A stretch of 64,000 nt of DNA from a phage. Under the pieces are notes generated by a model. It was not told the DNA's origin, ran no database searches, and saw only the letters and a list, made by a program, of their open reading frames with translations. A program made the position numbers and the translations under genes. Below are positions 10,015 to 19,243 of this stretch, in pieces; the first letter of the stretch is position 1, and every line of letters starts with the position of its first letter. The DNA lies in assembly GCA_011911785.1 (NCBI GenBank), contig GCA_011911785.1_4084.1. One strand, 5' to 3'.

Positions 10015-10461
10015 ATGGCTAATGAACAACACAAAGAAGGTTATGACGCGTTTAAAAACAAAGTAGTTTTTAACAATGAACAGCTAAAATCACAGCACCC
10101 ACTATTCCGTCAAGGCTATCGTGCTGCACAAGCTGACGCAATGAAGAAAAACAATGTAACCTTCCCAACTACATTGTTTGATATTCCTAAACGTCCTGAA
10201 GTGTTTAAGGCTGATTGGACTGATATTATGGCAGCAACTAAACGACCACGTTTTGCAAAACTACATACCGACGAAGGTAAATGGCTGCTAATGGGTATCA
10301 TGAAAGCTGTTGAAAAACGTGCACATACTATTGTCCGTTATCGTGATGTTGTTACTATGGTAGATGAAGCATTTGATATTGTACTTCAGTACGGCTACGA
10401 TGAAGGTGTATTAACTGTTGAAGATTGTCAACAATATAACTATACACCGACCGAAAAGTGA
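10015..10461 (+). CDS. hypothetical protein
   Basis: Start set to ATG 10015 (MANEQHKEG) with 'aagga' RBS, immediately after the upstream stop. Confidence 0.4.
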   Translation: MANEQHKEGYDAFKNKVVFNNEQLKSQHPLFRQGYRAAQADAMKKNNVTFPTTLFDIPKRPEVFKADWTDIMAATKRPRFAKLHTDEGKWLLMGIMKAVEKRAHTIVRYRDVVTMVDEAFDIVLQYGYDEGVLTVEDCQQYNYTPTEK

Positions 10462-10510
10462 TTAAATAAATGGGAGTCATTGTACTCCCTTTTCGCATAG
10501 GTAAATTTAT

Positions 10511-10864
10511 ATGAGTAAAGTTTACATTTCTGTTGATATGGATTATTCATCTGATCCTATATGGACTTCTAAAACAGGAGACTATTGGATTAATGATGAT
10601 CTTGATGGATACAAAAAACTTTTTAGTGCAGGTTTAATGCATAGCTTGTATGTTTACCAGCAAATTTGGGAGGCATCCAATTGGAGTTCATATCTGTCAC
10701 CATCGGATATGATAAATGTGGAAGCACCTGGGATGTTTATGATCCAACAAGCATCACATATATTAAGTCAAGCTTGTGCAGTACAAATAAAGAAGGAGTT
10801 TCCTGACTGGCACGTCTTTTATTGGTGCGACGCAAGTAACACTAGGAAGGAGGTAATACTTTAA
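10511..10864 (+). CDS. hypothetical protein
   Basis: 117-aa ORF. Confidence 0.4.
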   Translation: MSKVYISVDMDYSSDPIWTSKTGDYWINDDLDGYKKLFSAGLMHSLYVYQQIWEASNWSSYLSPSDMINVEAPGMFMIQQASHILSQACAVQIKKEFPDWHVFYWCDASNTRKEVIL

Positions 10865-11373
10865 TGATCTTTAAAATCACTAAAGAAAGCAGTATTGAGT
10901 TCTCAAAAAATATGTTTTTAATAAATGAGTACGCAAAAAATATCAGTACTGAAGCAATAGAAATAACCAAGAAATGGTACGATAATTATTTGAATACAAG
11001 AAAATGGTATCATAAAATTAATGATTACCAGTGGTTTCTTACTACTATAACTGAGGGAGATGGACTAGTATTAAGATATAATTGTATGAATTTTAATTAC
11101 ATTGGACTTGATTTCAATTCAACAATTGTTGGTATGGATATTAAAAAAATTAGAAAATTAACATCAATCAATACTAAGGAAATATATGAAGAATCGGGTA
11201 AAGTTTGGGAAGCTGTAACATTTATGATTAAGCACTCGTCATTTATGTATAGAAATTATGATATTAGTATGGATTTACAAGGTCGTAATATCCCATATAC
11301 TTTAGATGAAAAACAATATCATCACATGAAAATGTGTGAAGAGATGGTTGAATCTTTAAAATTAAAGGAGTGA
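10864..11373 (+). CDS. hypothetical protein
   Basis: 169-aa ORF. Confidence 0.4.
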   Translation: MIFKITKESSIEFSKNMFLINEYAKNISTEAIEITKKWYDNYLNTRKWYHKINDYQWFLTTITEGDGLVLRYNCMNFNYIGLDFNSTIVGMDIKKIRKLTSINTKEIYEESGKVWEAVTFMIKHSSFMYRNYDISMDLQGRNIPYTLDEKQYHHMKMCEEMVESLKLKE

Positions 11374-11374
11374 T

Positions 11375-11896
11375 ATGAACTATAATCAATTATCACAAGA
11401 AGATACTGATATTTGGCTAAAGAACGTAAACAATACGTTGGAACTTGTGCGACAATGTATTTCGGAAGCTGACCGTGTATCAGACGAAGCTAAAGAAAAA
11501 ACATACAAACACTTTCACCGTAATATCTTCATGAAAATTTATGCACTTACTATGTATAATATGTACAAACCATCTGATATTTTTATTGGGTTGTATAGTG
11601 GGGCGATGTTCACATTAGGTGGGATTTTTTCAGATACTGGTCGCACATTAGAACAAAACGAAAAAGATGTTATCGTGGCAGTTGATAAGATTATGAATAA
11701 GGAAGTAGATTTCATTCTGGAAATCGTTCGTTGCTGGAATGTTTATAGCTCAAAACCATTTGACATTACACAGAAAGATATAGTAGACTATATGCGTATT
11801 TTACGTACACATCAGATCTGTAAAGAACTATTAACCAATTTAGGGACATATGATGAAACATACAACGTGGTTGAAGATAGCCAGTGTCGTTGCTGA
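11375..11896 (+). CDS. hypothetical protein
   Basis: 173-aa ORF. Confidence 0.4.
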   Translation: MNYNQLSQEDTDIWLKNVNNTLELVRQCISEADRVSDEAKEKTYKHFHRNIFMKIYALTMYNMYKPSDIFIGLYSGAMFTLGGIFSDTGRTLEQNEKDVIVAVDKIMNKEVDFILEIVRCWNVYSSKPFDITQKDIVDYMRILRTHQICKELLTNLGTYDETYNVVEDSQCRC

Positions 11897-12332
11897 GGAA
11901 AGTAAGTGTCTTTCCCAGAAAGTAGGTTGTGTTATTGTAAAGAATAACCGAGTATTGAGTACTGGATATAACGGTACACCATCAAAGCAACCTAACTGTT
12001 GTGATGTTAATAAACATCTCGTAAACAATGGTCAGTTTCAGGATTGGATTGATGAAGATGCAAAACACTTACATCACGAGTGGAGCAACATTCATGAGAT
12101 CCATGCGGAAATGAATGCATTACTATATAGTTCACCACAAGAACGTCAGGGTGCAACACTTTACACCACACTCCAACCGTGCTATACTTGTTCTAAGTTA
12201 ATCGCTGGTAGTGGTATTTCTCGTGTAATTTACGAAAAATCGTATCCTCGCACTCCACCAGAAGCTATTAAAGTACTGGAAGATGCTGGGATTATTGTAA
12301 ATTGTATCTATGATAATGGACTCAATAAATGA
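11850..12332 (+). CDS. cd: dCMP deaminase
   Basis: Zinc-deaminase motifs HAEMNA and PCYTCS; N-terminus VGCVIVKNNRVLSTGYNGTP matches my recollection of T4 cd. Confidence 0.9.
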   Translation: MMKHTTWLKIASVVAEESKCLSQKVGCVIVKNNRVLSTGYNGTPSKQPNCCDVNKHLVNNGQFQDWIDEDAKHLHHEWSNIHEIHAEMNALLYSSPQERQGATLYTTLQPCYTCSKLIAGSGISRVIYEKSYPRTPPEAIKVLEDAGIIVNCIYDNGLNK

Positions 12333-12589
12333 CAATGGTATATTTGTTTCTAGGTTGTATTGTTATATTTGTATTGTTTGCTATCTATTGTTTAGTTGAT
12401 ACTGATTATTCAATGCGTGGTAATAAGAATTATCAAGTACGTTTTTCCCCGCATAATAACAAGTACTACATTGTGAATGTTATCCACACTACTGGTCGTG
12501 AAATGAAAGTAACTGGTAGATTTGGCTTTACAATTTACTATGATAACCAAATTGATGTTGATTATGTTGTTGAAAAGTTAAATAAATGA
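12329..12589 (+). CDS. small membrane protein
   Basis: 86-aa ORF with N-terminal hydrophobic helix. Confidence 0.4.
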   Translation: MTMVYLFLGCIVIFVLFAIYCLVDTDYSMRGNKNYQVRFSPHNNKYYIVNVIHTTGREMKVTGRFGFTIYYDNQIDVDYVVEKLNK

Positions 12590-12594
12590 GAAAA

Positions 12595-12616
12595 GGAGCC
12601 TATGGCTCCTTTTTTA
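12595..12616. terminator. bidirectional rho-independent terminator
   Basis: Hairpin ggagcc-tat-ggctcc flanked by A-run and T-run, between convergent genes. Confidence 0.6.
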
Positions 12617-13030
12617 TTATGCTTTTTTACGTAGGATGTATTGTCCATTATGTAATTTAATTTTGTGAATCATGTACATAGTGCAAAACCCTTCAATACC
12701 TGCTTCTTCATCTTTCAATTTAATGAAGAAAGTATTATCTCTTAGGCTTTCTACAAGGCTTTCATCTGAATCTTCGAAATTCATGATATATGAATCTTTA
12801 TTTCTATACACCATCTGAACATATTCATAAACCTTACCGCTTTCATCGATTAGATCATAAGTATGTGCTGAACGTTGTTTTAAAATATATAGTTTACCAA
12901 GAATAGCTGCTCCATTAATTTTAGCACCAGTAATTTCGATACCATTAATAGAAAAAGGAAGTCTTCCGGTTAATGCAATTGGTTTACCCATTATTATACT
13001 TCTCCAAGTAAAGTGCATGAAAATTATCAT
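12617..13030 (-). CDS. stand-alone paralog of the N-terminal module of the large Ig-like proteins
   Basis: 137-aa protein; LPFSINGIEITGAKINGAA..YILKQRSAHTYDLIDE resembles the N-termini of the 13049..15475 and 21833..27478 products. Confidence 0.45.
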   Translation of the reverse strand: MIIFMHFTWRSIIMGKPIALTGRLPFSINGIEITGAKINGAAILGKLYILKQRSAHTYDLIDESGKVYEYVQMVYRNKDSYIMNFEDSDESLVESLRDNTFFIKLKDEEAGIEGFCTMYMIHKIKLHNGQYILRKKA

Positions 13031-13048
13031 GCACTATATTATTAAAAA

Positions 13049-15475
13049 TTAAGCACTGATTGTTACAGTTGCAGTATCAGTTTTATTGCCATTCGCAGTA
13101 GTCACTGTAATGACTACAGTACCTTCTTCTAGAGCAGTTACTAATCCATCATCACTAATAGATACTTTAGTAGGTTCATCTGCACTATAAGTTACTGATT
13201 TGTTAGTTGCGTTAGCTGGAAGAACTTCTGGAACTAGTTGAACTGTTTTAGTACCTGATAGTGAAAGATCAGTGGCTTTAGGTGTTAAACCAACGCTGGA
13301 TACTGGTACTGGAATATTAACAGTTACAGCACATTTTGCAGTTTTTGCACCATCAGTAGTTTTTACAGTGATATCAGCAGTACCGTTTGCAACAGCAGTG
13401 ATTAAACCACTTGCACTAACAGTTGCGACACCAGCAGCAGAAGTACTATAAGTTACTGCTTTGTTAGTTGCATTAGCTGGTAGTACAGTTGGTGTTAGTT
13501 GTTGAGTTGCACCAACAGATGTTAAAGTTGCTGTTGTTGGAGAAACAGAAACACTAGCTACAGGAACTGGGATTGACACAGTAATGACACCTTGACCTGT
13601 TTTACCACTTCCATCAGCGGCAGTTGCGATAATGTTTGCAGTACCGTTAGTTAACGCAGTTACAACACCAGTACTAGCATCAACTTTCGCTACAGCAGGT
13701 GCACTAGAAGACCATGTTACAGCTTTATTAGTTGCGTTAGCTGGAAGAACTTCAGCAGCCATTGCTTGAGTTGCGTTAACAGCAGTCAATGTTTTAGTTG
13801 CTGGTGTAACATTAATAGTTGTTACTGGAACTGGAATTGCTACAGTTACTGCACAAACCGCAGTTTTTGCACCATCAGCGGTTGTTACGGTGATGTTAGC
13901 AGTGCCATTTGCTACAGCAGTTATCAATCCTGAAGTGCTAACAGTTGCTACACCCGCATTAGAAGTACTATAAGTTACTGCTTTATTGGTTGCATTAGTT
14001 GGTGCAACCGATGGTGTTAGTTGTTGTGTTGCACCAACAGATTTTAAAGTTGCTGTTGTTGGAGAAACAGAAACACCAGTTACTGGTACTGGAATATTAA
14101 CAGTTACAGCACAAACTTTACTAAAGCCACCATCAGCAGTAGTAGCCGTGATATTAGCAGTGCCATTCGCTACCGCAGTGATTAAACCACTTGTACTAAC
14201 GGTTGCAACACCAGCAGCAGAAGTTGCGTATGTTACTGCTTTGTTACGAGCATTAGCTGGTAGAACAGTTGCAGTTAATTGCTGTGTTGCACCAACAGAA
14301 GTTAATGAAGCGGTTGCAGGTGTTAGGTTAATACCAGTTACTGGGATCGTCACATCAATAATTGATTGTGCGGTTTTTTCACCATCAATAGTTGTTACGG
14401 TAATAGTGGCAGTACCATTATTAACAGAAGTTACTAAACCGTCATCATCAACTTCTGCTACTGTAGGTGCAGAAGATTCATAACGAACTTCCTGATTTGA
14501 TGCAGTTCTTGGTAGTACCGTTGCTGTTAATGGTTCATTTGCACCAATAGTAGTGAATGTATATGTTTCAGGTGTTAACGTAACACCAGTTACTGCTGTT
14601 TGAACTTTAATAGAAGAAGTATCAGTAAATGAACCATCTTCAGATGTTGCAGTAATAGTAACATCACCATTGGATACACCTGTTACCAACCCAGAATCTT
14701 TATCAACTGTTGCAACGGATGGAGCAGATGAAGTCCATGTAACTTTCTTGTCTGTTGCTGAGGCCGGAGTAACTTCAGCTAACAATTGTTGAGTTGCCCC
14801 AACGTTTACAGTTGCAGTTTTAGGAGAAACGGTAACACCAGTAACACCAGTACTGACAACGATAGAACACACATCTGTGAAATCACCATCGTGAGTTGTT
14901 ACGGTTACATCAGCATTGCCATTTGCAAGTGCAGTTGCTAGACCTGTTTGAGCATCAACTTCAACGATTGTAGGAGCAGATGAAGAGTAGGTTACGGTCT
15001 TGTCTTTTGCATTAGATGGAACTACTTGGGCTGATAGTTGTTTTGTTGCACCAACTTTAAGAGATGCATCTTTGGGTGTAATTACAACACCAGTTACGGG
15101 GATATCAGCATTAACATAATCGCGTTTTACGATACGACCATTATTTAATTTAATAACACGACCCATATAAAGCATAGTATATCCCATACTAATACCATCA
15201 TCAACATAGATCATGAATGAATTGTCTTGAACCATATTAATTGCGTCTGCTGGCTCAACAGAATTTGGAATGTCGATACCACGAGTATCATACCAACGCA
15301 TGGAAACTTTGTAATAGATATCACCATTATCATTGATGAGATCATACACGTTACCGGAACGTTGACGGTTAATATATAAAGTTTCGGTTAACACCTTACC
15401 ATCGATTTTAGCGACAGAAACTTTAATACCACCAATACCAAAAGGCAATTTACCTTCACTAGATATTGCTTTCAT
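13049..15475 (-). CDS. Ig-like (Big_2-type) repeat virion-surface protein, putative adhesin or decoration protein
   Basis: 808 aa; shared N-terminal module then about 8 tandem ~85-aa repeats of Big_2 character (VTGVxVSP..ATQQL..V.P.NAT.K.VTY.SS...VATV...GL.TAV..G.A.IT). Confidence 0.6.
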   Translation of the reverse strand: MKAISSEGKLPFGIGGIKVSVAKIDGKVLTETLYINRQRSGNVYDLINDNGDIYYKVSMRWYDTRGIDIPNSVEPADAINMVQDNSFMIYVDDGISMGYTMLYMGRVIKLNNGRIVKRDYVNADIPVTGVVITPKDASLKVGATKQLSAQVVPSNAKDKTVTYSSSAPTIVEVDAQTGLATALANGNADVTVTTHDGDFTDVCSIVVSTGVTGVTVSPKTATVNVGATQQLLAEVTPASATDKKVTWTSSAPSVATVDKDSGLVTGVSNGDVTITATSEDGSFTDTSSIKVQTAVTGVTLTPETYTFTTIGANEPLTATVLPRTASNQEVRYESSAPTVAEVDDDGLVTSVNNGTATITVTTIDGEKTAQSIIDVTIPVTGINLTPATASLTSVGATQQLTATVLPANARNKAVTYATSAAGVATVSTSGLITAVANGTANITATTADGGFSKVCAVTVNIPVPVTGVSVSPTTATLKSVGATQQLTPSVAPTNATNKAVTYSTSNAGVATVSTSGLITAVANGTANITVTTADGAKTAVCAVTVAIPVPVTTINVTPATKTLTAVNATQAMAAEVLPANATNKAVTWSSSAPAVAKVDASTGVVTALTNGTANIIATAADGSGKTGQGVITVSIPVPVASVSVSPTTATLTSVGATQQLTPTVLPANATNKAVTYSTSAAGVATVSASGLITAVANGTADITVKTTDGAKTAKCAVTVNIPVPVSSVGLTPKATDLSLSGTKTVQLVPEVLPANATNKSVTYSADEPTKVSISDDGLVTALEEGTVVITVTTANGNKTDTATVTISA
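13250..14330. repeat. intragenic tandem DNA repeats (~250 bp units) encoding near-identical Ig-like domains
   Basis: Identical 31-mer ctggtactggaatattaacagttacagcaca at 13313..13343 and 14084..14114; flanking sequence also closely similar. Confidence 0.6.
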
Positions 15476-15511
15476 ATACTTTCCTTTATAAATTGTATTG
15501 TAGTGTTATAT

Positions 15512-15519
15512 TATTTATA
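15512..15519 (-). promoter_or_regulatory. T4-type late promoter element (TATAAATA on minus strand)
   Basis: Plus-strand tatttata at 15512..15519, about 40 nt upstream of the minus-strand gene start at 15475. Confidence 0.35.
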
Positions 15520-15543
15520 TTATACCAAAAGTATTTTAGGATT

Positions 15544-15566
15544 AAAAAAAGGAGTCCGAAGACTCC
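15544..15566 (-). terminator. rho-independent terminator (minus strand)
   Basis: Hairpin ggagtc-cgaa-gactcc; on the minus strand it is followed by a 7-nt U-tract; lies just downstream of gene 15580..17283. Confidence 0.55.
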
Positions 15567-15579
15567 TTAAAATATAAAG

Positions 15580-17283
15580 TTATTGGAAACGAGCATACGG
15601 TGGAAATCTGGTTTGGTCAGGTTCATCTTGTTGGATTACACCGAATACAACAGGAACAGCAATAAATTTCTCATCTGGACAAATAACTTCAATTAATTGA
15701 CCACGCATTTTTACAAAATTATCAGTCATTATTGGAATTGTATAGTCGTATACACAGTCAACTGGTGTATAATTAACTGTAACATAACGTCTTTCATTAG
15801 GCGACATATCTGAAACTTTTGCAGGGTCTAACGAAATACCAGTCATTGGAGTACTAGTACAATTAATTATTAGTACATCTGAGTTAAAGTTTGCTGCTGA
15901 TGTAGGTGGACATACATACGACACAGTGACTGGAGAATATGGTTTAGTTGTACCAAAAAACTTCAATGTTAAATCTGTATTAGATGAACCATTGTGTTTT
16001 GCCACATCCGATGATGATTGCCAATGACCATCAGGAAGATATGAATATTCTGGAATTAACACATAATCAAATTTTACATTATTTTTGTTATACGATGATG
16101 TTGAAATATCCCCTTGTACTTTAATAGTATGTTTTTGGTCTGGGAATTTCAATCCAGTTGCTTTTGGTAATATACCAGATGCACGAACAGTGTTAGAAGA
16201 TACTTTTCCATCCAGAGATACCGCAGTAACCATGATTGAAGGTTGTGTTGGATTGTATGATGGTCCATCCCCAACTGGCTTAGTTTTAAAATATGCTCTT
16301 TCTGGAGTACTTTTATCTGCTAGATATACTAGATTCGGTGCATCATTGAACTTACAACCGTGGAATGTATTATCTGGAACATATGAGATATCAACATAAA
16401 ATTCATCACCAAAATTTAAAGTTCCAGGAACTGGATTTGATAGATTTATTATTTGAACTGATGGATAAGTTGTGTGGCATGTAAATGAAGCAGATGAACT
16501 ACCATCACTTGTGTGCCATGTAGAAACGACAGGAGTACTGGATTCTTCAATTACTGTAAAATGTGCACGGTATGGAGTACTGTCTGTTTCAAGACTCAAT
16601 ACATCTTTTGGGAAATCCCAATAACCACTTTCATTACCTAAGTATGGGTCATATAATATATCCACATAAAAATCAGTACCTTTTGGAGAAGACACTATTG
16701 ATGGATTAATTTTAACTTTAACATCAGGTTTGATAATATTACAGGTAACACCATCATAATCACCACCAACGTTACACACTAGTGTTTTAGGTTCACTATC
16801 TTTAGGTAAGACTAACGCTTTGAAATGAGCACGAGTGTCAGTACTGTCATTAATTTTCTCAAAATAAGTTGTATCAAATACCCAAGATGGATATCCTTTA
16901 TTCTTATCATATTCAACATCAATAAAGAAGTCATCCCCGACAATTACAGTAACATTCTTAGGTGTTAACTTAATTGGAACTGGTGCATCAGGATCAACAA
17001 CTGTAACATTACAAATTAGAGTTTGTGTTTTATCATAGGTTGGTACATATGAAACTGGAAATTTACCCGCTTTAATTGCAGTAAGGATTATCAGTGTTGG
17101 TGTTTCAGTGGTTGCAATTAAGCTTTTTTTATCATAATTCCAGTCCCCGACTTTCTGGTTATCAGGTGTATCAGAACTGAAATCTGCGAAAATTTGTTTA
17201 GTGTCACCAATTTTCATTTCCAAATGGGATGGATTTAATGTAACTGAAAACAAATTCTCTATATTTTTTACTTTCTTAGACAT
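15580..17283 (-). CDS. Ig-like repeat protein (second repeat class)
   Basis: 567 aa; several ~90-aa repeats with consensus GDxFxIDIxYxPDxAxHxGxW.YD...STxxRAHFKxxK and a conserved Cys. Confidence 0.5.
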   Translation of the reverse strand: MSKKVKNIENLFSVTLNPSHLEMKIGDTKQIFADFSSDTPDNQKVGDWNYDKKSLIATTETPTLIILTAIKAGKFPVSYVPTYDKTQTLICNVTVVDPDAPVPIKLTPKNVTVIVGDDFFIDVEYDKNKGYPSWVFDTTYFEKINDSTDTRAHFKALVLPKDSEPKTLVCNVGGDYDGVTCNIIKPDVKVKINPSIVSSPKGTDFYVDILYDPYLGNESGYWDFPKDVLSLETDSTPYRAHFTVIEESSTPVVSTWHTSDGSSSASFTCHTTYPSVQIINLSNPVPGTLNFGDEFYVDISYVPDNTFHGCKFNDAPNLVYLADKSTPERAYFKTKPVGDGPSYNPTQPSIMVTAVSLDGKVSSNTVRASGILPKATGLKFPDQKHTIKVQGDISTSSYNKNNVKFDYVLIPEYSYLPDGHWQSSSDVAKHNGSSNTDLTLKFFGTTKPYSPVTVSYVCPPTSAANFNSDVLIINCTSTPMTGISLDPAKVSDMSPNERRYVTVNYTPVDCVYDYTIPIMTDNFVKMRGQLIEVICPDEKFIAVPVVFGVIQQDEPDQTRFPPYARFQ

Positions 17284-17295
17284 AATAGTTTTACC

Positions 17296-19185
17296 TCATC
17301 TATTATTGATTGTTAATATACAAGCATCTACTTTTGAATTTAACGTAATATACGTAATAGGTGTAGTAGTATCACCTGTAGATTTTAATGTTCTGAACTT
17401 TGCCTTATTAATTATACTACCATCATCTAGTCTCTCAACTAATGTATCATCGAACACCCATCTCCCTGCTGGATTTGCATCACTAGGTGTAAATGTTGCA
17501 ATAACATTAAACTCTTGATACAAATCTTTTGTTAGAGATTTTGGTGTTACAGCTACTGCTGTTGGTGACGGTTGTGCTTTAATAAGACAATATGCATCTG
17601 CACTTTTACCCTCCGAATTGTAAGTTATTTGTTGAAATTGATCTGATTCTTTTAGTGCTGTAAAATATCCAACGTCAGAGGTACTAATATCTTCTTTTTG
17701 GATGTAATTAGAATCATATGTCCAAGTTCCGCTATGGGCAGCAGTATCTGGTATATAATCTATGTTTATTGCAAATGTGGATGAAACAGTTACTGCTTGT
17801 GTTTGTGGTGAAAGTTTAATACTATCCAAGGGTTTATAGGGTGATATTCTACATATATTAGAATCATTTACGGATGCAGATGTATTTGATATAAATGTAA
17901 TAGTCATAGGGTCTGTATTATATTTCAATACTGTAAAAACACCACAATCATCAGTACTGGAATCGCTTAATTCAAATGTTTCTTTATCATATATCCATAT
18001 ACCACCATGAATGGAATAATCCGGTGTATAATTTACATTAATTTTAAAAGTATCACCTACATATACAGATTCAGTTTTCGGACTTAATGAAACACTACTT
18101 GGTGGTGTACTTGAATCGATTTTACATGTATTATACCCAATTCTATTAAGGGTTGAATATGATATTTGTAATGGTGTTGGAGTTTCATCTAAAACGAAGA
18201 ATCTTACATATTGACCAGCATTTGATTTATCTACCATACGAAGCTTTGTTGCATCATATAGCCATGTACCTAATGGATATGTACCAGGTGGATCGTATTC
18301 AACATTTATTGTGAAGTAGTCACCTTTTTTAACTTCTTCGGTTCCTGGTGAAAGTGTAATAGATTTAAGTTTTTGAATGTGGCATTTATTTTTAGCAGAT
18401 ACATTTCCAGAAACAAAGTAAGTTAAATCTATTCCTTCTGGTGGTGTTTCTTCTATTGCTTTAAAATGTGCTCTTACTGTTGAGTCAGTATCATTAATCA
18501 AAGATACTTTTGTTTGGTCATAGTTCCATATACCATTCTTTTCAGCATTACTTGGAACATATGTTATGTCAATATAAAAATCTTCATCTTCCGATACTAT
18601 TTCACTACTTGGGGATAGTATAACTTCTGACGCTTCTGTACTGGAAATATGACATTGGTTAGTGTCCTTAATATCATTGTATGAAAAAGATATTAATGTA
18701 GTTTGTTGTTCTGATGATATTACTTCAAATGTACCAACATCCATATCATCATTAATTAGTTTAAGCACTGCATGATCATATGTCCATTCACCAACATGTG
18801 GTGCATCATTTGGTGTGTAAGTCACATTTACATCAAATGTATCACCAAATGAAACAACTTCATTCTTAGGAGATAGCGTGATTTTTTCAAGTGGTGTTGT
18901 ATTAATATTCACATAGCAAACCCCTGATAGTAATGGATTTGTGTCTGGAATATAAGTTATTTTTGTTGATCCTTGTTTGAGTGCAGTGAATGAAAATGTA
19001 GTCGATGTAATATCAGGTGAATCACTACTAATAAATTCTGAATCATAAACCCACTTTCCTTTTTTATATGGATAGTTGACTGGATTGAAAACAACTTCTA
19101 ATACATCAGATTCTTGTATATCTATGTTTTCATACCTAGGTATAATTCTAACACTTATTAAAGTGTCGCTATTTTGATTAGTCAT
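17296..19185 (-). CDS. Ig-like repeat protein (second repeat class)
   Basis: 629 aa; about 7 repeats of the same ~90-aa unit. Confidence 0.5.
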   Translation of the reverse strand: MTNQNSDTLISVRIIPRYENIDIQESDVLEVVFNPVNYPYKKGKWVYDSEFISSDSPDITSTTFSFTALKQGSTKITYIPDTNPLLSGVCYVNINTTPLEKITLSPKNEVVSFGDTFDVNVTYTPNDAPHVGEWTYDHAVLKLINDDMDVGTFEVISSEQQTTLISFSYNDIKDTNQCHISSTEASEVILSPSSEIVSEDEDFYIDITYVPSNAEKNGIWNYDQTKVSLINDTDSTVRAHFKAIEETPPEGIDLTYFVSGNVSAKNKCHIQKLKSITLSPGTEEVKKGDYFTINVEYDPPGTYPLGTWLYDATKLRMVDKSNAGQYVRFFVLDETPTPLQISYSTLNRIGYNTCKIDSSTPPSSVSLSPKTESVYVGDTFKINVNYTPDYSIHGGIWIYDKETFELSDSSTDDCGVFTVLKYNTDPMTITFISNTSASVNDSNICRISPYKPLDSIKLSPQTQAVTVSSTFAINIDYIPDTAAHSGTWTYDSNYIQKEDISTSDVGYFTALKESDQFQQITYNSEGKSADAYCLIKAQPSPTAVAVTPKSLTKDLYQEFNVIATFTPSDANPAGRWVFDDTLVERLDDGSIINKAKFRTLKSTGDTTTPITYITLNSKVDACILTINNR

Positions 19186-19205
19186 ATAATAACCTCCGGT
19201 ATAAA

Positions 19206-19231
19206 AGATGCCACCGAAATGGCATCTTTTT
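19206..19231. terminator. terminator-like hairpin
   Basis: agatgcca-ccgaaa-tggcatct followed by ttttt on the plus strand; lies between two minus-strand genes, so orientation and function are uncertain. Confidence 0.35.
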
Positions 19232-19243
19232 GTTTATTTGTAA

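Noticed and set aside
13986-14483. 165-aa plus-strand ORF inside the Ig-like repeat gene
   Set aside because: Antisense to a well-supported minus-strand gene; its A/V/T-rich translation is the expected by-product of the repetitive sequence, and it has no RBS.
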